A stretch of 64,000 nucleotides of DNA, from positions 105,615 to 169,614 of the IMG/VR virus record IMGVR_UViG_3300028591_003737; one strand, given 5' to 3'. The notes beneath the pieces were generated by a model. That model saw only the letters and a program-made list of their open reading frames with translations. It was not told where the DNA came from and did no database searches. Within the stretch, counting starts at the first letter, position 1; every line of letters starts with the position of its first letter. A program made the position numbers and the translations under genes. This document shows positions 40,811 through 50,625 of the stretch, in pieces. Source of the DNA: a virus (lineage: Duplodnaviria; Caudoviricetes).

Positions 40811-41470
40811 TTAACTCGCAATTTCTTTTGCTATTAAATCTTCTGCTAATACTTCTCCTGTTTCAATATCTACATTTTCTCCATTTTCTAATGATTGAAC
40901 TTTTATAGTACTATTACTTTCAGATTTAGAAAGTGATTCAATAAATTCTTTAGAACCACGTACAATAACTGAACCATCTTCAAGATTAGTTTCTTTAGGT
41001 TTCTCAGAGAATGTCTTTTCAGCATTATCCTGCATATCTTTAAATATTGCCTCAACACTTGCAACAATTTCATTTAATTGTTTCTGGATATCAAGCATTG
41101 ATTTTTGAAGTGCTGTAAGAGATGTATAAAGAGCACCTTTACCAGCATTCATTGTAATATTTTGTATAAGAGTATCTTGGGCCTTTTCATTTACACTCTG
41201 CATTTTAAGGAGCATACGGATTTGGTCCATTTCTTGAGAAATCTTATTTGGAATATATGGATGTTCTTCAATATACTTTTGATCAAAATAATAATTAGAA
41301 AGACGTTCTGTTATTTGTTTAGCTTTATCTTTAGCTTGTCCTTCTACTTCATCTAAATCAATAACTAATGTTGGGGTTTCAAGAACATCATCAGGAGAAT
41401 CATAAACAGGATTCTCTTCACTTCTTAAGAAAAGATCATTAAGAGCGTCTCTATCTTCATTTGTAACCAT
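40811..41470 (-). CDS. Probable terminase small subunit (gp16-like)
   Basis: Helical hairpin (ALYTSLTALQKSMLDIQKQL) then VIVRGSKEFIESL, resembling the gp16 C-terminal motif; next to head genes; late motif at 41490-41502. Confidence 0.5.
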   Translation of the reverse strand: MVTNEDRDALNDLFLRSEENPVYDSPDDVLETPTLVIDLDEVEGQAKDKAKQITERLSNYYFDQKYIEEHPYIPNKISQEMDQIRMLLKMQSVNEKAQDTLIQNITMNAGKGALYTSLTALQKSMLDIQKQLNEIVASVEAIFKDMQDNAEKTFSEKPKETNLEDGSVIVRGSKEFIESLSKSESNSTIKVQSLENGENVDIETGEVLAEDLIAKEIAS

Positions 41471-41562
41471 ATAACATTTAATATTTTTACAAATAAAAAT
41501 AAAAAAATAAAGATAACTAATGTAAATTAGCTATCTTTTTATATAAAATATGTAAATTTTTC

Positions 41563-41745
41563 TTATGAAGTCATCAACTTTGAAAGAGATTCAATGTGAT
41601 TTTTAAGATTTATTTTAGTATCAGGACAAACATCTTCAAGAAAAGGAGAACTCATTTCTTCAGGAGTAAGTTCAGTTTCAAGAACTGTTTTCATAACAGT
41701 CATATAAGCGAAATTCTCAAATCTTTTCTGTTTTGTATATGCCAT
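41563..41745 (-). CDS. Small hypothetical protein
   Basis: 60 aa with its own early-type promoter (41769-41796) and terminator (about 41506-41540). Confidence 0.65.
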   Translation of the reverse strand: MAYTKQKRFENFAYMTVMKTVLETELTPEEMSSPFLEDVCPDTKINLKNHIESLSKLMTS

Positions 41746-41792
41746 ATTGTCTATTGTTTTACACTATTAATATAGTATTAAAACTAAATAAT

Positions 41793-42116
41793 TCAATACT
41801 TAGGATAAATATATAATATCATATTGTTTGTTTTACAAGGTTTTTCAACATCTAAATTTTCTTCAATCCATTTAGCAACTGGTTTATATATCCATCTATG
41901 TTGTTTCTGTACTGATAAGAAAATATATTTCTTTGATTTACCTACGTTAATATATTCTTCATAATTATCAAATTTTACTAATCCAGAATATTTTTCAATA
42001 ATATATTTTTTAATCTCTGAAATAAATTTATTGTTTATTTCATCAATATCATCTAATACTTCTGTTTCTTTATTTAAGTGAAGTTTTTCTAATATGTAAT
42101 TATTGATATTAATCAT
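41793..42116 (-). CDS. Leader-bearing small protein (EKLHLNK family)
   Basis: MININNYILEKLHLNKE. Confidence 0.75.
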   Translation of the reverse strand: MININNYILEKLHLNKETEVLDDIDEINNKFISEIKKYIIEKYSGLVKFDNYEEYINVGKSKKYIFLSVQKQHRWIYKPVAKWIEENLDVEKPCKTNNMILYIYPKY

Positions 42117-42118
42117 TT

Positions 42119-42547
42119 TTATTTATATAATTTTTTATTACCATCAATATATTCATAATATTCATCATATAGTTCTCTACCTGATAAATGCATACTATCA
42201 TTACCAAAAGTTATAGTTACTCTACTTCTATTAACTAACCATTCAATAATTCTTCTATGTTTTTTAATTAATAAAAATATATCACCATCTCTTCTATTAA
42301 TATCAGACATACTAAAACTATATTGGAAATAATTATTTAAAATATTAATAATTTCTTCATAATCTATTCTACCCCAATATATTTGTTTTTGAAATGTAGA
42401 ATTTTCTTTATATATTTTATATATCATAATACATAAATATGTAGCAATGATAATATCTCTAACTTTATCAATATTATCAATTTCAGATGATTCAAAATCT
42501 TTATTTAAATGTAATTTTTCAGATATATAATTATTAATGTTAATCAT
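42119..42547 (-). CDS. Leader-bearing small protein (EKLHLNK family)
   Basis: MININNYISEKLHLNKD. Confidence 0.75.
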   Translation of the reverse strand: MININNYISEKLHLNKDFESSEIDNIDKVRDIIIATYLCIMIYKIYKENSTFQKQIYWGRIDYEEIINILNNYFQYSFSMSDINRRDGDIFLLIKKHRRIIEWLVNRSRVTITFGNDSMHLSGRELYDEYYEYIDGNKKLYK

Positions 42548-43035
42548 TTTTCTTCTAATTCTTCTTTAATTTTTTTAATATCTGCTTTTGTATTTATTTT
42601 GGTATTTCCTGGATCATATCTAAATGATGAAAATAAAAAAAGTTTATTACGATTAATATAATCATCTATCATTTTAATTGCTTTATCTACTTTCATTAAT
42701 GCAGACCACTCACCATTCTTTTTATAAAATGCAAATGTATTTTGTATATGAGGACTTGAATGAGTATGATCTTCAAATGTATATTCTATCTCTCTGACTA
42801 CTTTACCAGTTCTATAACTCTTTAAAATTATTGTTTCTTCATTTATTTCTTCTATAATACCAACAAATAATTTAACATATTTATATGAAGTATTTGTTTT
42901 AGGAGAACTACATATCCCTAACACTTTATCTCCAACATGTATATTATATATATCACAATGTATAGAAGAAGTATTAGTATCTATATTCTTATCTAAATGT
43001 AATTTTTCAAATATGTAGTTATATATCTGTTTCAT
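42544..43035 (-). CDS. Leader-bearing small protein (EKLHLNK family)
   Basis: MKQIYNYIFEKLHLDKN. Confidence 0.75.
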   Translation of the reverse strand: MKQIYNYIFEKLHLDKNIDTNTSSIHCDIYNIHVGDKVLGICSSPKTNTSYKYVKLFVGIIEEINEETIILKSYRTGKVVREIEYTFEDHTHSSPHIQNTFAFYKKNGEWSALMKVDKAIKMIDDYINRNKLFLFSSFRYDPGNTKINTKADIKKIKEELEEK

Positions 43036-43508
43036 TATTTCTTTTCAAATACTCTTAATAAAGGTTCAAGACCATTTTGTGCTGCTATATCAATAAGGCA
43101 TTCATCTTTTACATATATAAAATGATCTGCACCACCATCATCTACCCAAGTATATTCTGATTTAGCTCCTGAAATAGCAATATTTTTAAATTTTTTTAAT
43201 ATCTCATTATTTTCAGAATAAAATTCTTTTTGTTTCTTATTTACTTTCCAATCATCTAAATTATAATCTTGTGCATATACATTAAAATCAATTACATCAT
43301 TATCTTCAATCCATTTAAGTATTATTGAACTCATCTCATCTTTTCTAGTATTATCAGTAATTGTAAAATTCTTATAATGATTATCATATTTATCAAATGA
43401 TAATATACAAATAATTTTACCAAGAAGTTTTCCTTTTAATACATCACCACTTTCTAAATCTTTATTAAGATGGAGTTTTTCTAATATATATGTACTTAAA
43501 TTAATCAT
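43035..43508 (-). CDS. Leader-bearing small protein (EKLHLNK family)
   Basis: MINLSTYILEKLHLNKD. Confidence 0.75.
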   Translation of the reverse strand: MINLSTYILEKLHLNKDLESGDVLKGKLLGKIICILSFDKYDNHYKNFTITDNTRKDEMSSIILKWIEDNDVIDFNVYAQDYNLDDWKVNKKQKEFYSENNEILKKFKNIAISGAKSEYTWVDDGGADHFIYVKDECLIDIAAQNGLEPLLRVFEKK

Positions 43509-44572
43509 TTATTATCTGTTATTATTTTATTTATTCTTTCTTGGAATTCTTTAGATATTACAAATCCTCTTTTCTTTTCTTTATAAAATAACTTAATAAA
43601 TAATTCTAATAATTGTTTATATACATTACCCTTTTGACGAATTGCTTTTTGTAATTCAGGAATAACTCTATCAACTTGTACAGCATATGTTTTAGAAGTA
43701 TTAAGTCTAATTTTTGCACCAAGATTAATTAATTTATTAAATATCTTAGTATCACTCATCATATAAAAGAATGCTCTTTGTAATTTCTCTAACCAACTAA
43801 CATCAACATTCCATTCTGGATCTTTTGCATTTTCAAGATAATCTACAAAAGTATTATATATCTTCTCATAAGTATCAGCATTCTTTTCTCTTTCTTCTTC
43901 ATTTCCTTTATCTCTATCTTTCATACTCTGTCTATAAGTAGGATCAACTATTTTATATTCAGCAATCTTTTCACCAACTGGAAAGAAGAATACAATACCT
44001 TCAATATAATCATCAGCAGCAGATATAAGTTTATCTGGGAAATTCTTATAAGTATCAAACATTGAATGAACCCAATTAATAAATTCTTTCTTTTCTGGAA
44101 CAATAGCACTTGAAAGAATATTTACGATACTGTCAATCTGTTCATCAGTAAGTTTACCCTCCCAAAGAGTAGGCATTACATCAGTACCAAGTTCATCAGC
44201 TATTTCTTTAATCTTATCAGCAGACTGAATAAAATTATCATTCTTATCAATAATAGCAGTAAGAAGAAGTAAATTATCAATTACTTCAAATGTCAAAAAC
44301 TTATAGTTTTTAAATACATCTACATGTTTTTCAACATGAGCGATAGCATCATTAACTGGTTTTGAGAATAATCTTGTATAGTCATCAATCTCTGGACCAA
44401 CATGAGTTTCATCACCAGAACGACCATGATATTCTAATGAATCTGATTGTTCATTATAAAGAACTTGAAATGGTTTACCATCTACTTTAAGATTGATTTT
44501 AATACCATCAAGTTCAAGAAGTTTTTCACAAACTTCTGGTTTCTTTTTATATATATCAATAAAATGTTCCAT
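43505..44572 (-). CDS. ATP-dependent RNA ligase-like (covalent nucleotidyltransferase) protein
   Basis: Motif I KVDG, Ia GRSG, III TFEV, PTLWEG, IV EGIVF, V YKIV. Confidence 0.65.
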   Translation of the reverse strand: MEHFIDIYKKKPEVCEKLLELDGIKINLKVDGKPFQVLYNEQSDSLEYHGRSGDETHVGPEIDDYTRLFSKPVNDAIAHVEKHVDVFKNYKFLTFEVIDNLLLLTAIIDKNDNFIQSADKIKEIADELGTDVMPTLWEGKLTDEQIDSIVNILSSAIVPEKKEFINWVHSMFDTYKNFPDKLISAADDYIEGIVFFFPVGEKIAEYKIVDPTYRQSMKDRDKGNEEEREKNADTYEKIYNTFVDYLENAKDPEWNVDVSWLEKLQRAFFYMMSDTKIFNKLINLGAKIRLNTSKTYAVQVDRVIPELQKAIRQKGNVYKQLLELFIKLFYKEKKRGFVISKEFQERINKIITDNK

Positions 44573-44586
44573 AATATATTATTTAA

Positions 44587-45489
44587 TTAATCTTTTACTT
44601 TACCATAACTTCCATCATCTTTATAATAAGTACATGGAAAATCTTCTTTTTCAACAGGAACTTCACATTTAGGATCATTTATATATTCCATATAAAATCT
44701 CTTTTCAGTTCTTTCAAGAACTTCTTTACCCCAAGGCCATAAATCTGAATGAATTGCTTTCCAAAGTCCTTCTACAGTATTAAATATCTTAGGATCAATA
44801 TCATTAGTATCAAATATAAATCTCATTACATTCATAGGATCATTAGAAACAAGTTCTTTAAATTCTTGCTTAGCAGTACTTACATATTGACCTTTCTTTC
44901 CAACATGATTAGCAAGATATTTGAATACACCTTCTTGATTAAATGTATATCTCCATTTTTTCTTTACATCTCCATTGTCAAAATATTCATTCTGTGCATC
45001 TTTTACAGGAATACTTGATACAATATGTTGAATAAGATATACTTTAGGAGCAGCTTTATATTTACTTTCTCCTTTCTTAAAATCTGGACTTGAGAATCTC
45101 CATTTAGCCCAATCAATATTATCTGTAAACATAAAATCAACTTGAGCAACTCCTTTCTTTCCTTCTTTATCCCATTCATATCCAATAGATACAATCTTAG
45201 GAGTAGTAAAAGGATTTAATTCTGATTCAGGAAATACTTCCTTAATCATATTCATAAGTTCTTCTCTATTATTTAAATCAATAGCGATATCAATATCACC
45301 ATTAAAATCATCATCTTTCTTTTTACCAATACTTCCAAGAGGAGCCATTTTTACACTACTTTTCCAAGCATGTACTTTATCTTCTATTTCTTTATATATA
45401 AGAGGAGTTATATATGCAGGAATTGGTTGAGAAGAAACTGCATGTCCACTTTCTAACATTAAATTAATATATTCAATTATTGATTTCAT
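44587..45489 (-). CDS. Pol-beta-superfamily nucleotidyltransferase with CTS-like leader
   Basis: LGSIGKK..GDIDIAI and QVDFMF (GS, DxD, third Asp); starts MKSIIEYINLMLE. Confidence 0.75.
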   Translation of the reverse strand: MKSIIEYINLMLESGHAVSSQPIPAYITPLIYKEIEDKVHAWKSSVKMAPLGSIGKKKDDDFNGDIDIAIDLNNREELMNMIKEVFPESELNPFTTPKIVSIGYEWDKEGKKGVAQVDFMFTDNIDWAKWRFSSPDFKKGESKYKAAPKVYLIQHIVSSIPVKDAQNEYFDNGDVKKKWRYTFNQEGVFKYLANHVGKKGQYVSTAKQEFKELVSNDPMNVMRFIFDTNDIDPKIFNTVEGLWKAIHSDLWPWGKEVLERTEKRFYMEYINDPKCEVPVEKEDFPCTYYKDDGSYGKVKD

Positions 45490-45491
45490 AA

Positions 45492-45806
45492 TTATTTATC
45501 TTCATCTTTATTTTGTAATGTTGATAATGAAACAAAATGTTTACAAAATTTAGTTAAATTTTTAAAATCTCTTTGCATTAATATTTTAAATCCTAAAATC
45601 ATTAATGCTCCTCCTAATTGTATAGGATGCCAGATTTTTTTAGCTTCTATACCTTCTTTTTCTAAAAGATTACGTAATTTAATTTCATCAATTTCTAATT
45701 CTTGAAGAAAATTAGAAAATATTTTATCTATATCTTTATTTTCTAAACTTTCAGAAATTAATAAATTATTTACTGGTTTATTTATAAATTCTTCTAATGA
45801 TTTCAT
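45492..45806 (-). CDS. Leader-bearing hypothetical protein
   Basis: MKSLEEFINK..LLISE. Confidence 0.65.
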   Translation of the reverse strand: MKSLEEFINKPVNNLLISESLENKDIDKIFSNFLQELEIDEIKLRNLLEKEGIEAKKIWHPIQLGGALMILGFKILMQRDFKNLTKFCKHFVSLSTLQNKDEDK

Positions 45807-46723
45807 TTTATATATTCTATAGCTTTATTTAATAATTGTGTAAATTCATCAACTAATGATTTATCAGTTTTCATTTTAAACTGCCAATCTTCAAGATATG
45901 ATTTCTTAATATTTTCCATCATTTCTTTACTTCTTCTTGGATATTTATCAGATACAAGATAATCAAGAAGAGATTCAAAAGAATTACAATCACTTTGTTC
46001 TGATTCTTTACCAAGAATTAAATCAAGTATCTTTCTTACATTAGTAGTAACTTTTTCTTTTGAAACTGTTTTAGGTGAAGCAAGTGGTTTTGTTTTACCT
46101 TCAAATGATTTTTTAACTATCAATAATCCTTCTGCTTGTGATAATTGATATTTATAAAATTCTTTAACTTGTCCAGAATATTTACCATTAAATTCATCAG
46201 TAAATTTAACTTCTTCTTTTCCTTCAACTGGAGTATTTGATACAACAGCCATTAAAAGATTAGACTGATACATTCCTTTATATTTTGATTCTCCTTTAGT
46301 AAAATCTGGTGAATTATAAGCAAATTTAGCAAATTCAACATCATTTACAAACATAAAATCAACTTGAACAATCTTTTCTGTTCCATCTTCATCATATTTA
46401 TATCCAATATTAAATACATGAAGACCTTCATTTATATTTCCAATTTCACTTCCAAATTGTTTCTTTACAAAATCAATAACTTTATCTTTATCTTCCCAAG
46501 GTAATTCAAGAGCAATATCAATATCTCCTGAAGTTTGTTCTTTAGATTTCTTACCTGTTGAACCAAGTGCTGAAGCTTTACATTTAAATTCTTTAGTAAT
46601 AGAATTAATAATTTCATCTGCTACTACTTTAGCAAGATCACCACGAATAGGTGATGCATTTTCAACGGAATGTCCACCTTCAACTATTAAAGATTCTTTT
46701 ATATATTCAATTATTGATTTCAT
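45803..46723 (-). CDS. Pol-beta-superfamily nucleotidyltransferase (paralog) with CTS-like leader
   Basis: LGSTGKK..GDIDIAL and QVDFMF; SPDF.KGESKYK is shared with 44587..45489; starts MKSIIEYIKE. Confidence 0.75.
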   Translation of the reverse strand: MKSIIEYIKESLIVEGGHSVENASPIRGDLAKVVADEIINSITKEFKCKASALGSTGKKSKEQTSGDIDIALELPWEDKDKVIDFVKKQFGSEIGNINEGLHVFNIGYKYDEDGTEKIVQVDFMFVNDVEFAKFAYNSPDFTKGESKYKGMYQSNLLMAVVSNTPVEGKEEVKFTDEFNGKYSGQVKEFYKYQLSQAEGLLIVKKSFEGKTKPLASPKTVSKEKVTTNVRKILDLILGKESEQSDCNSFESLLDYLVSDKYPRRSKEMMENIKKSYLEDWQFKMKTDKSLVDEFTQLLNKAIEYIK

Positions 46724-46724
46724 A

Positions 46725-47540
46725 TTAATAAATTTCTTTATTTACTTCTTCTTCTATTCTATTAATAAAATCTGAACATCTTTTTATAAATTTATCATCT
46801 CCATCATAATATTGTTTATTCTCTTCTAATCCTTTTTTTGCTCCTTTTATAAAAGAACTTAAAACATTTCCAAAGAATTCTACTCCCCATTCACCAATCC
46901 AAGATTTACCATAATTTTCAATATCTTGTAATCTTGTTTTTGATTCATTAACTATATATTCATTAATTGATTTCATATTATTATTTTGTATATATTTCAA
47001 TATATTGCTTTCTTTAATTGATGATATTTGTTTTTTAAATTCAGAGAATAAATCATGAGCTTCTTTAGGCATTAATTCTTTAAATTTTTCTTCATCATCA
47101 TTTTTTATTGCTTCTCTAACATCTGTTGCTGAACCATATCTTTTAGTAATATAAAATTCTGGTTCATCTATTCCAAGTTCATCTTTAATAGATTTACCTT
47201 TCATTAATTTTTTATATCCATCAATTCTATCTTCACCAGCAAGCCAAAGAACTGGTTCATATCCATTTTCAATACATACTCTACATATTGTCATTGGCAT
47301 TGGTCTTCTTATCCAATTAATTCCTTCAATATATTCATATTTATCTACAAGACGTTCAAGTTCTTTCTTTGTCAATTCATCATCAAATGGTTTTCTTGAA
47401 TCAAACTTTTCATTATGAATATACATAATATAAACTGGAAGACCATTCTTTTTGAATGCATCTTCACAAGCTTTCAAGTGACCATTATGAAATGGTTGAA
47501 AACGACCTGGGAATATATTTACTTTTTTAAGTTCTGACAT
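46725..47540 (-). CDS. HIGH-motif cytidylyl/adenylyltransferase (NadM/NMNAT-like) with C-terminal leader-bearing module
   Basis: PGRFQPFHNGH, AGEDR, SATDVREAI; internal MKSINEYIVNE at 46976. Confidence 0.75.
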   Translation of the reverse strand: MSELKKVNIFPGRFQPFHNGHLKACEDAFKKNGLPVYIMYIHNEKFDSRKPFDDELTKKELERLVDKYEYIEGINWIRRPMPMTICRVCIENGYEPVLWLAGEDRIDGYKKLMKGKSIKDELGIDEPEFYITKRYGSATDVREAIKNDDEEKFKELMPKEAHDLFSEFKKQISSIKESNILKYIQNNNMKSINEYIVNESKTRLQDIENYGKSWIGEWGVEFFGNVLSSFIKGAKKGLEENKQYYDGDDKFIKRCSDFINRIEEEVNKEIY

Positions 47541-47549
47541 AATATTTAT

Positions 47550-49445
47550 TTATTTTTTTACAAAACCAATTGTTCCATGTCCATTCCAATCTGATGGACC
47601 ACAACCAGCAATATCAAATTTAAATACTTGTTTATTTAATGGATATAATTTCAAAATAATATCTAATTTTTTATCTTCTTTGTTCCATTTTATTTCAGTA
47701 TCTATTTGATTAGATTCTAAATAATTATTTAATAAAATAGATAATATATTAGAAGTATCATTTTCATTATTTATTTCATTTGAATATAAATTATTTAATT
47801 CATCTACACATCTAATAATTAATGGGTACATAATTTTTGAATAATTTTCTTGATAAACTTTATTCTTTCCTCCACTTTTAATATAATAATCAGTATTTTT
47901 TATATCCTTTTCAGAACTTAATCCATCCCAAGATATAAAATTCCAATCCATATTACCTTTTATTTTTGTTTTATTACTTATACCAATTAAAATATCTTTT
48001 ATCTCATCTTTATTTTTATAATTATCTATTAAATATAATGCTCTATCTTTTTCTGGATAATCCCAATTATCTTTTTTTAATTGTAAAATATTACATAATT
48101 TTTTAAAATTCTCATCATCTTCAAATAATGACCAAGATAATTTCCATATATTTCTATTTTGATCAGTTTTTGCTAAACCGCTTCCATCTTTTTTTAATTT
48201 ATAAAATATTTTCATTCTTTCAAGAAATTCATCAATTTCTTGTTTAGTAATATTAAATGAATCAGCTATTTGATAAATATTATTTAAAATATCTTTATCT
48301 TTATTATCAATTTCTTTAAAAATATTTATCATTATAGAAGAAATACTTGGTCTATGTCCATTTTTAGAATCTTTACTTTTAATAGAAATACCTATTCCAT
48401 TAAAATATAAATCATTTAAAAATTCACTACCATTATCTGGCCAATATAATGAATTTCTATCTTCTTTTTTACAATATTTATATAATAACAATCCTGCTAA
48501 TACTTCTCCAAATCCTACTTCTAATGAATTTCTATCTTGTGGAGATAATGTATTATAAATATTATTATACTTTTCTGTTAAATTAATTGTATGTTTTATT
48601 TCTAAATTATTTTTTGATAATTTAGATAAAATATCTTTATCAATTATATAATTACTAATATTAGAATTTAAAATTTCTTTTGATATATATGATATAAAAT
48701 CTGAATATATACCATCTTCTATAGTTATATTTTTCTTTGAGTTATTTGTAATTAATGATAATATTCTTTCTATATCTTTATTATTTTGTAAATTAAATCC
48801 ATCTTCAATCGAATTTGAAGTTAATCCTAATGCTTTTGGTTGTACTGATTCTGTTTTTATAAGAATTCTTTCTCCTTTACCATTTGAATCTGTATTACAA
48901 ATATAAAATTCTTTATCTTTCCAAGTAACTTTTACACTAAGGAAACTTCTAGAAGATTTTTCTCTATTTATTTTTGGTTCATCTACTTTAAAATCATCCA
49001 TTCCAACAATATTACCTCCCAAAATTTTTTCAATATTTTCTTTAAAAGTTGATGAATGACCAAATTCTCCTCTTATATATTCTTCAGGATATTTTCCAGA
49101 ATTCCAACCTTTAACTATATTTGGCCCAGTTTTTATATAAAAAGATACATTTCTTTTTCCTAAAATATTTAAATATGTTTTTAATGAATTAGCATTTGAA
49201 GTACAAATAACTTTTGAACCCTTTTTATAAATTGGTTCATTATTATCATTAAATCCTTCTATAGGAAATTTAGTATTATAAATAGAATATTTTTGATCTT
49301 TAGAAGGAAATAAATAATCATATAAAGAAATATTATATTTTGACATAATACTTCTCATAGCATCATATTTATTTTTTGATGTTTCTTCTATGTCTTCAAA
49401 AATATTTATAATATTTTCATTAATATATTCTATAATACTTTTCAT
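47550..49445 (-). CDS. Large leader-bearing protein with putative PD-(D/E)XK nuclease-like core
   Basis: Likely start is MKSIIEYINE (49445); FGEVLAG..WPDNGSEFLNDLYFNGIGISIKSK. Confidence 0.5.
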   Translation of the reverse strand: MKSIIEYINENIINIFEDIEETSKNKYDAMRSIMSKYNISLYDYLFPSKDQKYSIYNTKFPIEGFNDNNEPIYKKGSKVICTSNANSLKTYLNILGKRNVSFYIKTGPNIVKGWNSGKYPEEYIRGEFGHSSTFKENIEKILGGNIVGMDDFKVDEPKINREKSSRSFLSVKVTWKDKEFYICNTDSNGKGERILIKTESVQPKALGLTSNSIEDGFNLQNNKDIERILSLITNNSKKNITIEDGIYSDFISYISKEILNSNISNYIIDKDILSKLSKNNLEIKHTINLTEKYNNIYNTLSPQDRNSLEVGFGEVLAGLLLYKYCKKEDRNSLYWPDNGSEFLNDLYFNGIGISIKSKDSKNGHRPSISSIMINIFKEIDNKDKDILNNIYQIADSFNITKQEIDEFLERMKIFYKLKKDGSGLAKTDQNRNIWKLSWSLFEDDENFKKLCNILQLKKDNWDYPEKDRALYLIDNYKNKDEIKDILIGISNKTKIKGNMDWNFISWDGLSSEKDIKNTDYYIKSGGKNKVYQENYSKIMYPLIIRCVDELNNLYSNEINNENDTSNILSILLNNYLESNQIDTEIKWNKEDKKLDIILKLYPLNKQVFKFDIAGCGPSDWNGHGTIGFVKK

Positions 49446-49449
49446 AATT

Positions 49450-49920
49450 CTATACTTTTTTATCTTCTTTAACTGGAATTGGTGGAATTGGTACAATATT
49501 CAATGCAGGAACATTTACTTGTACACCCCTTATGTCTTCCATATTCTTTGGTGGATTTGATTCTCCAAAATTTTCTTTATAATATTTATCCAAATCAATA
49601 CTATCTTTTGGAATATATGGAATTGGAACAATTGTCAAAAGAGGAACTTTAAGTTGTGTTGTCTTTCCATTAGCATCAGTAAATTTTATTTTACCGTCAG
49701 ATTCAACAATATTTGGATGATCAAACTTAGGATATTCTTTAATTAAATCTTCAAGAAAATCTTTAGTAAATACTCCAGGTAATTGTTCTAATTTTTGAAC
49801 ATGATTATTCATTAATTCATCAACAGTCATATCTGCCGCATCAACTACTCTTACGGTGTTTGGTAATATAAACTTACCAATTTTTTCTCTAAGCTTATTA
49901 AACATATTTAATTTATTCAT
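49450..49920 (-). CDS. Hypothetical Pro-rich protein
   Basis: 156 aa with two VP.L.IVPIP repeats. Confidence 0.65.
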   Translation of the reverse strand: MNKLNMFNKLREKIGKFILPNTVRVVDAADMTVDELMNNHVQKLEQLPGVFTKDFLEDLIKEYPKFDHPNIVESDGKIKFTDANGKTTQLKVPLLTIVPIPYIPKDSIDLDKYYKENFGESNPPKNMEDIRGVQVNVPALNIVPIPPIPVKEDKKV

Positions 49921-49939
49921 TATCTTTTAAAATTTTATA

Positions 49940-50581
49940 TTAATCTTTCCATGCTTGAATAACCTTCAAATTATCTAATTGAAGTCCACGAGCATATTGT
50001 ATATTTTTGGTATCATCATCAACAAAGATGACTTTATCATATTTTGAGCAAAGATCTTTAAGAACATTTGCTTTCTTTTCTGCATCAGATTTTCCAGGAT
50101 AATCTTTGAATTCATCATTGATAGCATGAGAAAGTGTTTCTTTAAATATATCTTCTAATTCTTTAAGATTACCTTCATCATCTTTATATCTTAAGAAATC
50201 ACGAAGTGCTTTTTTAACGGCTTCTTCACAACCTCTAGCAGTTAAGAAACAGAAATGATAACCAGCTTTAATATAAGAATCCATAATCTTAAGATTCTTT
50301 ATAAGTGGTGTTCCTTCAATAATTGAATTATATACTTTTACTTCATCACGAAAATCTCTAAAGTCAAACCAATCTCTATGATTAGCAATATCTGGATCAA
50401 CAGCAAATTCTTCTGTTGTTAATGCTATTTCTTTTTTAGTAGTAGGATCTTTTTTATAAATCTTTATACTATCTGGTTTTACTTTAAGAAGAGTATCATC
50501 TATATCAAAAACAATCAAGCCACTCACTGATTTAGGAAGTGGTTTGATTGCCTCATATATATATTCTATAATGCTTTTCAT
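49940..50581 (-). CDS. HAD-superfamily phosphatase with CTS-like leader
   Basis: FDIDDTL, FLTARG, K, FVDDD; likely start is MKSIIEYIYE (50581), just downstream of the late motif. Confidence 0.8.
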   Translation of the reverse strand: MKSIIEYIYEAIKPLPKSVSGLIVFDIDDTLLKVKPDSIKIYKKDPTTKKEIALTTEEFAVDPDIANHRDWFDFRDFRDEVKVYNSIIEGTPLIKNLKIMDSYIKAGYHFCFLTARGCEEAVKKALRDFLRYKDDEGNLKELEDIFKETLSHAINDEFKDYPGKSDAEKKANVLKDLCSKYDKVIFVDDDTKNIQYARGLQLDNLKVIQAWKD

Positions 50582-50607
50582 TTTTATATAATTAATATGA
50601 TTTAATA

Positions 50608-50620
50608 TATATAAAAATAA
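50608..50620 (-). promoter_or_regulatory. Late-type motif TTATTTTTATATA
   Basis: Heads the 50581-to-41793 operon. Confidence 0.6.
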
Positions 50621-50625
50621 AATCT

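Noticed and set aside
44587-46723. NTase pair as CBASS CD-NTases or a toxin-antitoxin pair
   Set aside because: No recognisable Cap effector or HEPN partner is adjacent, and the context is a late phage operon. Cyclic-nucleotide synthesis cannot be excluded without assays.
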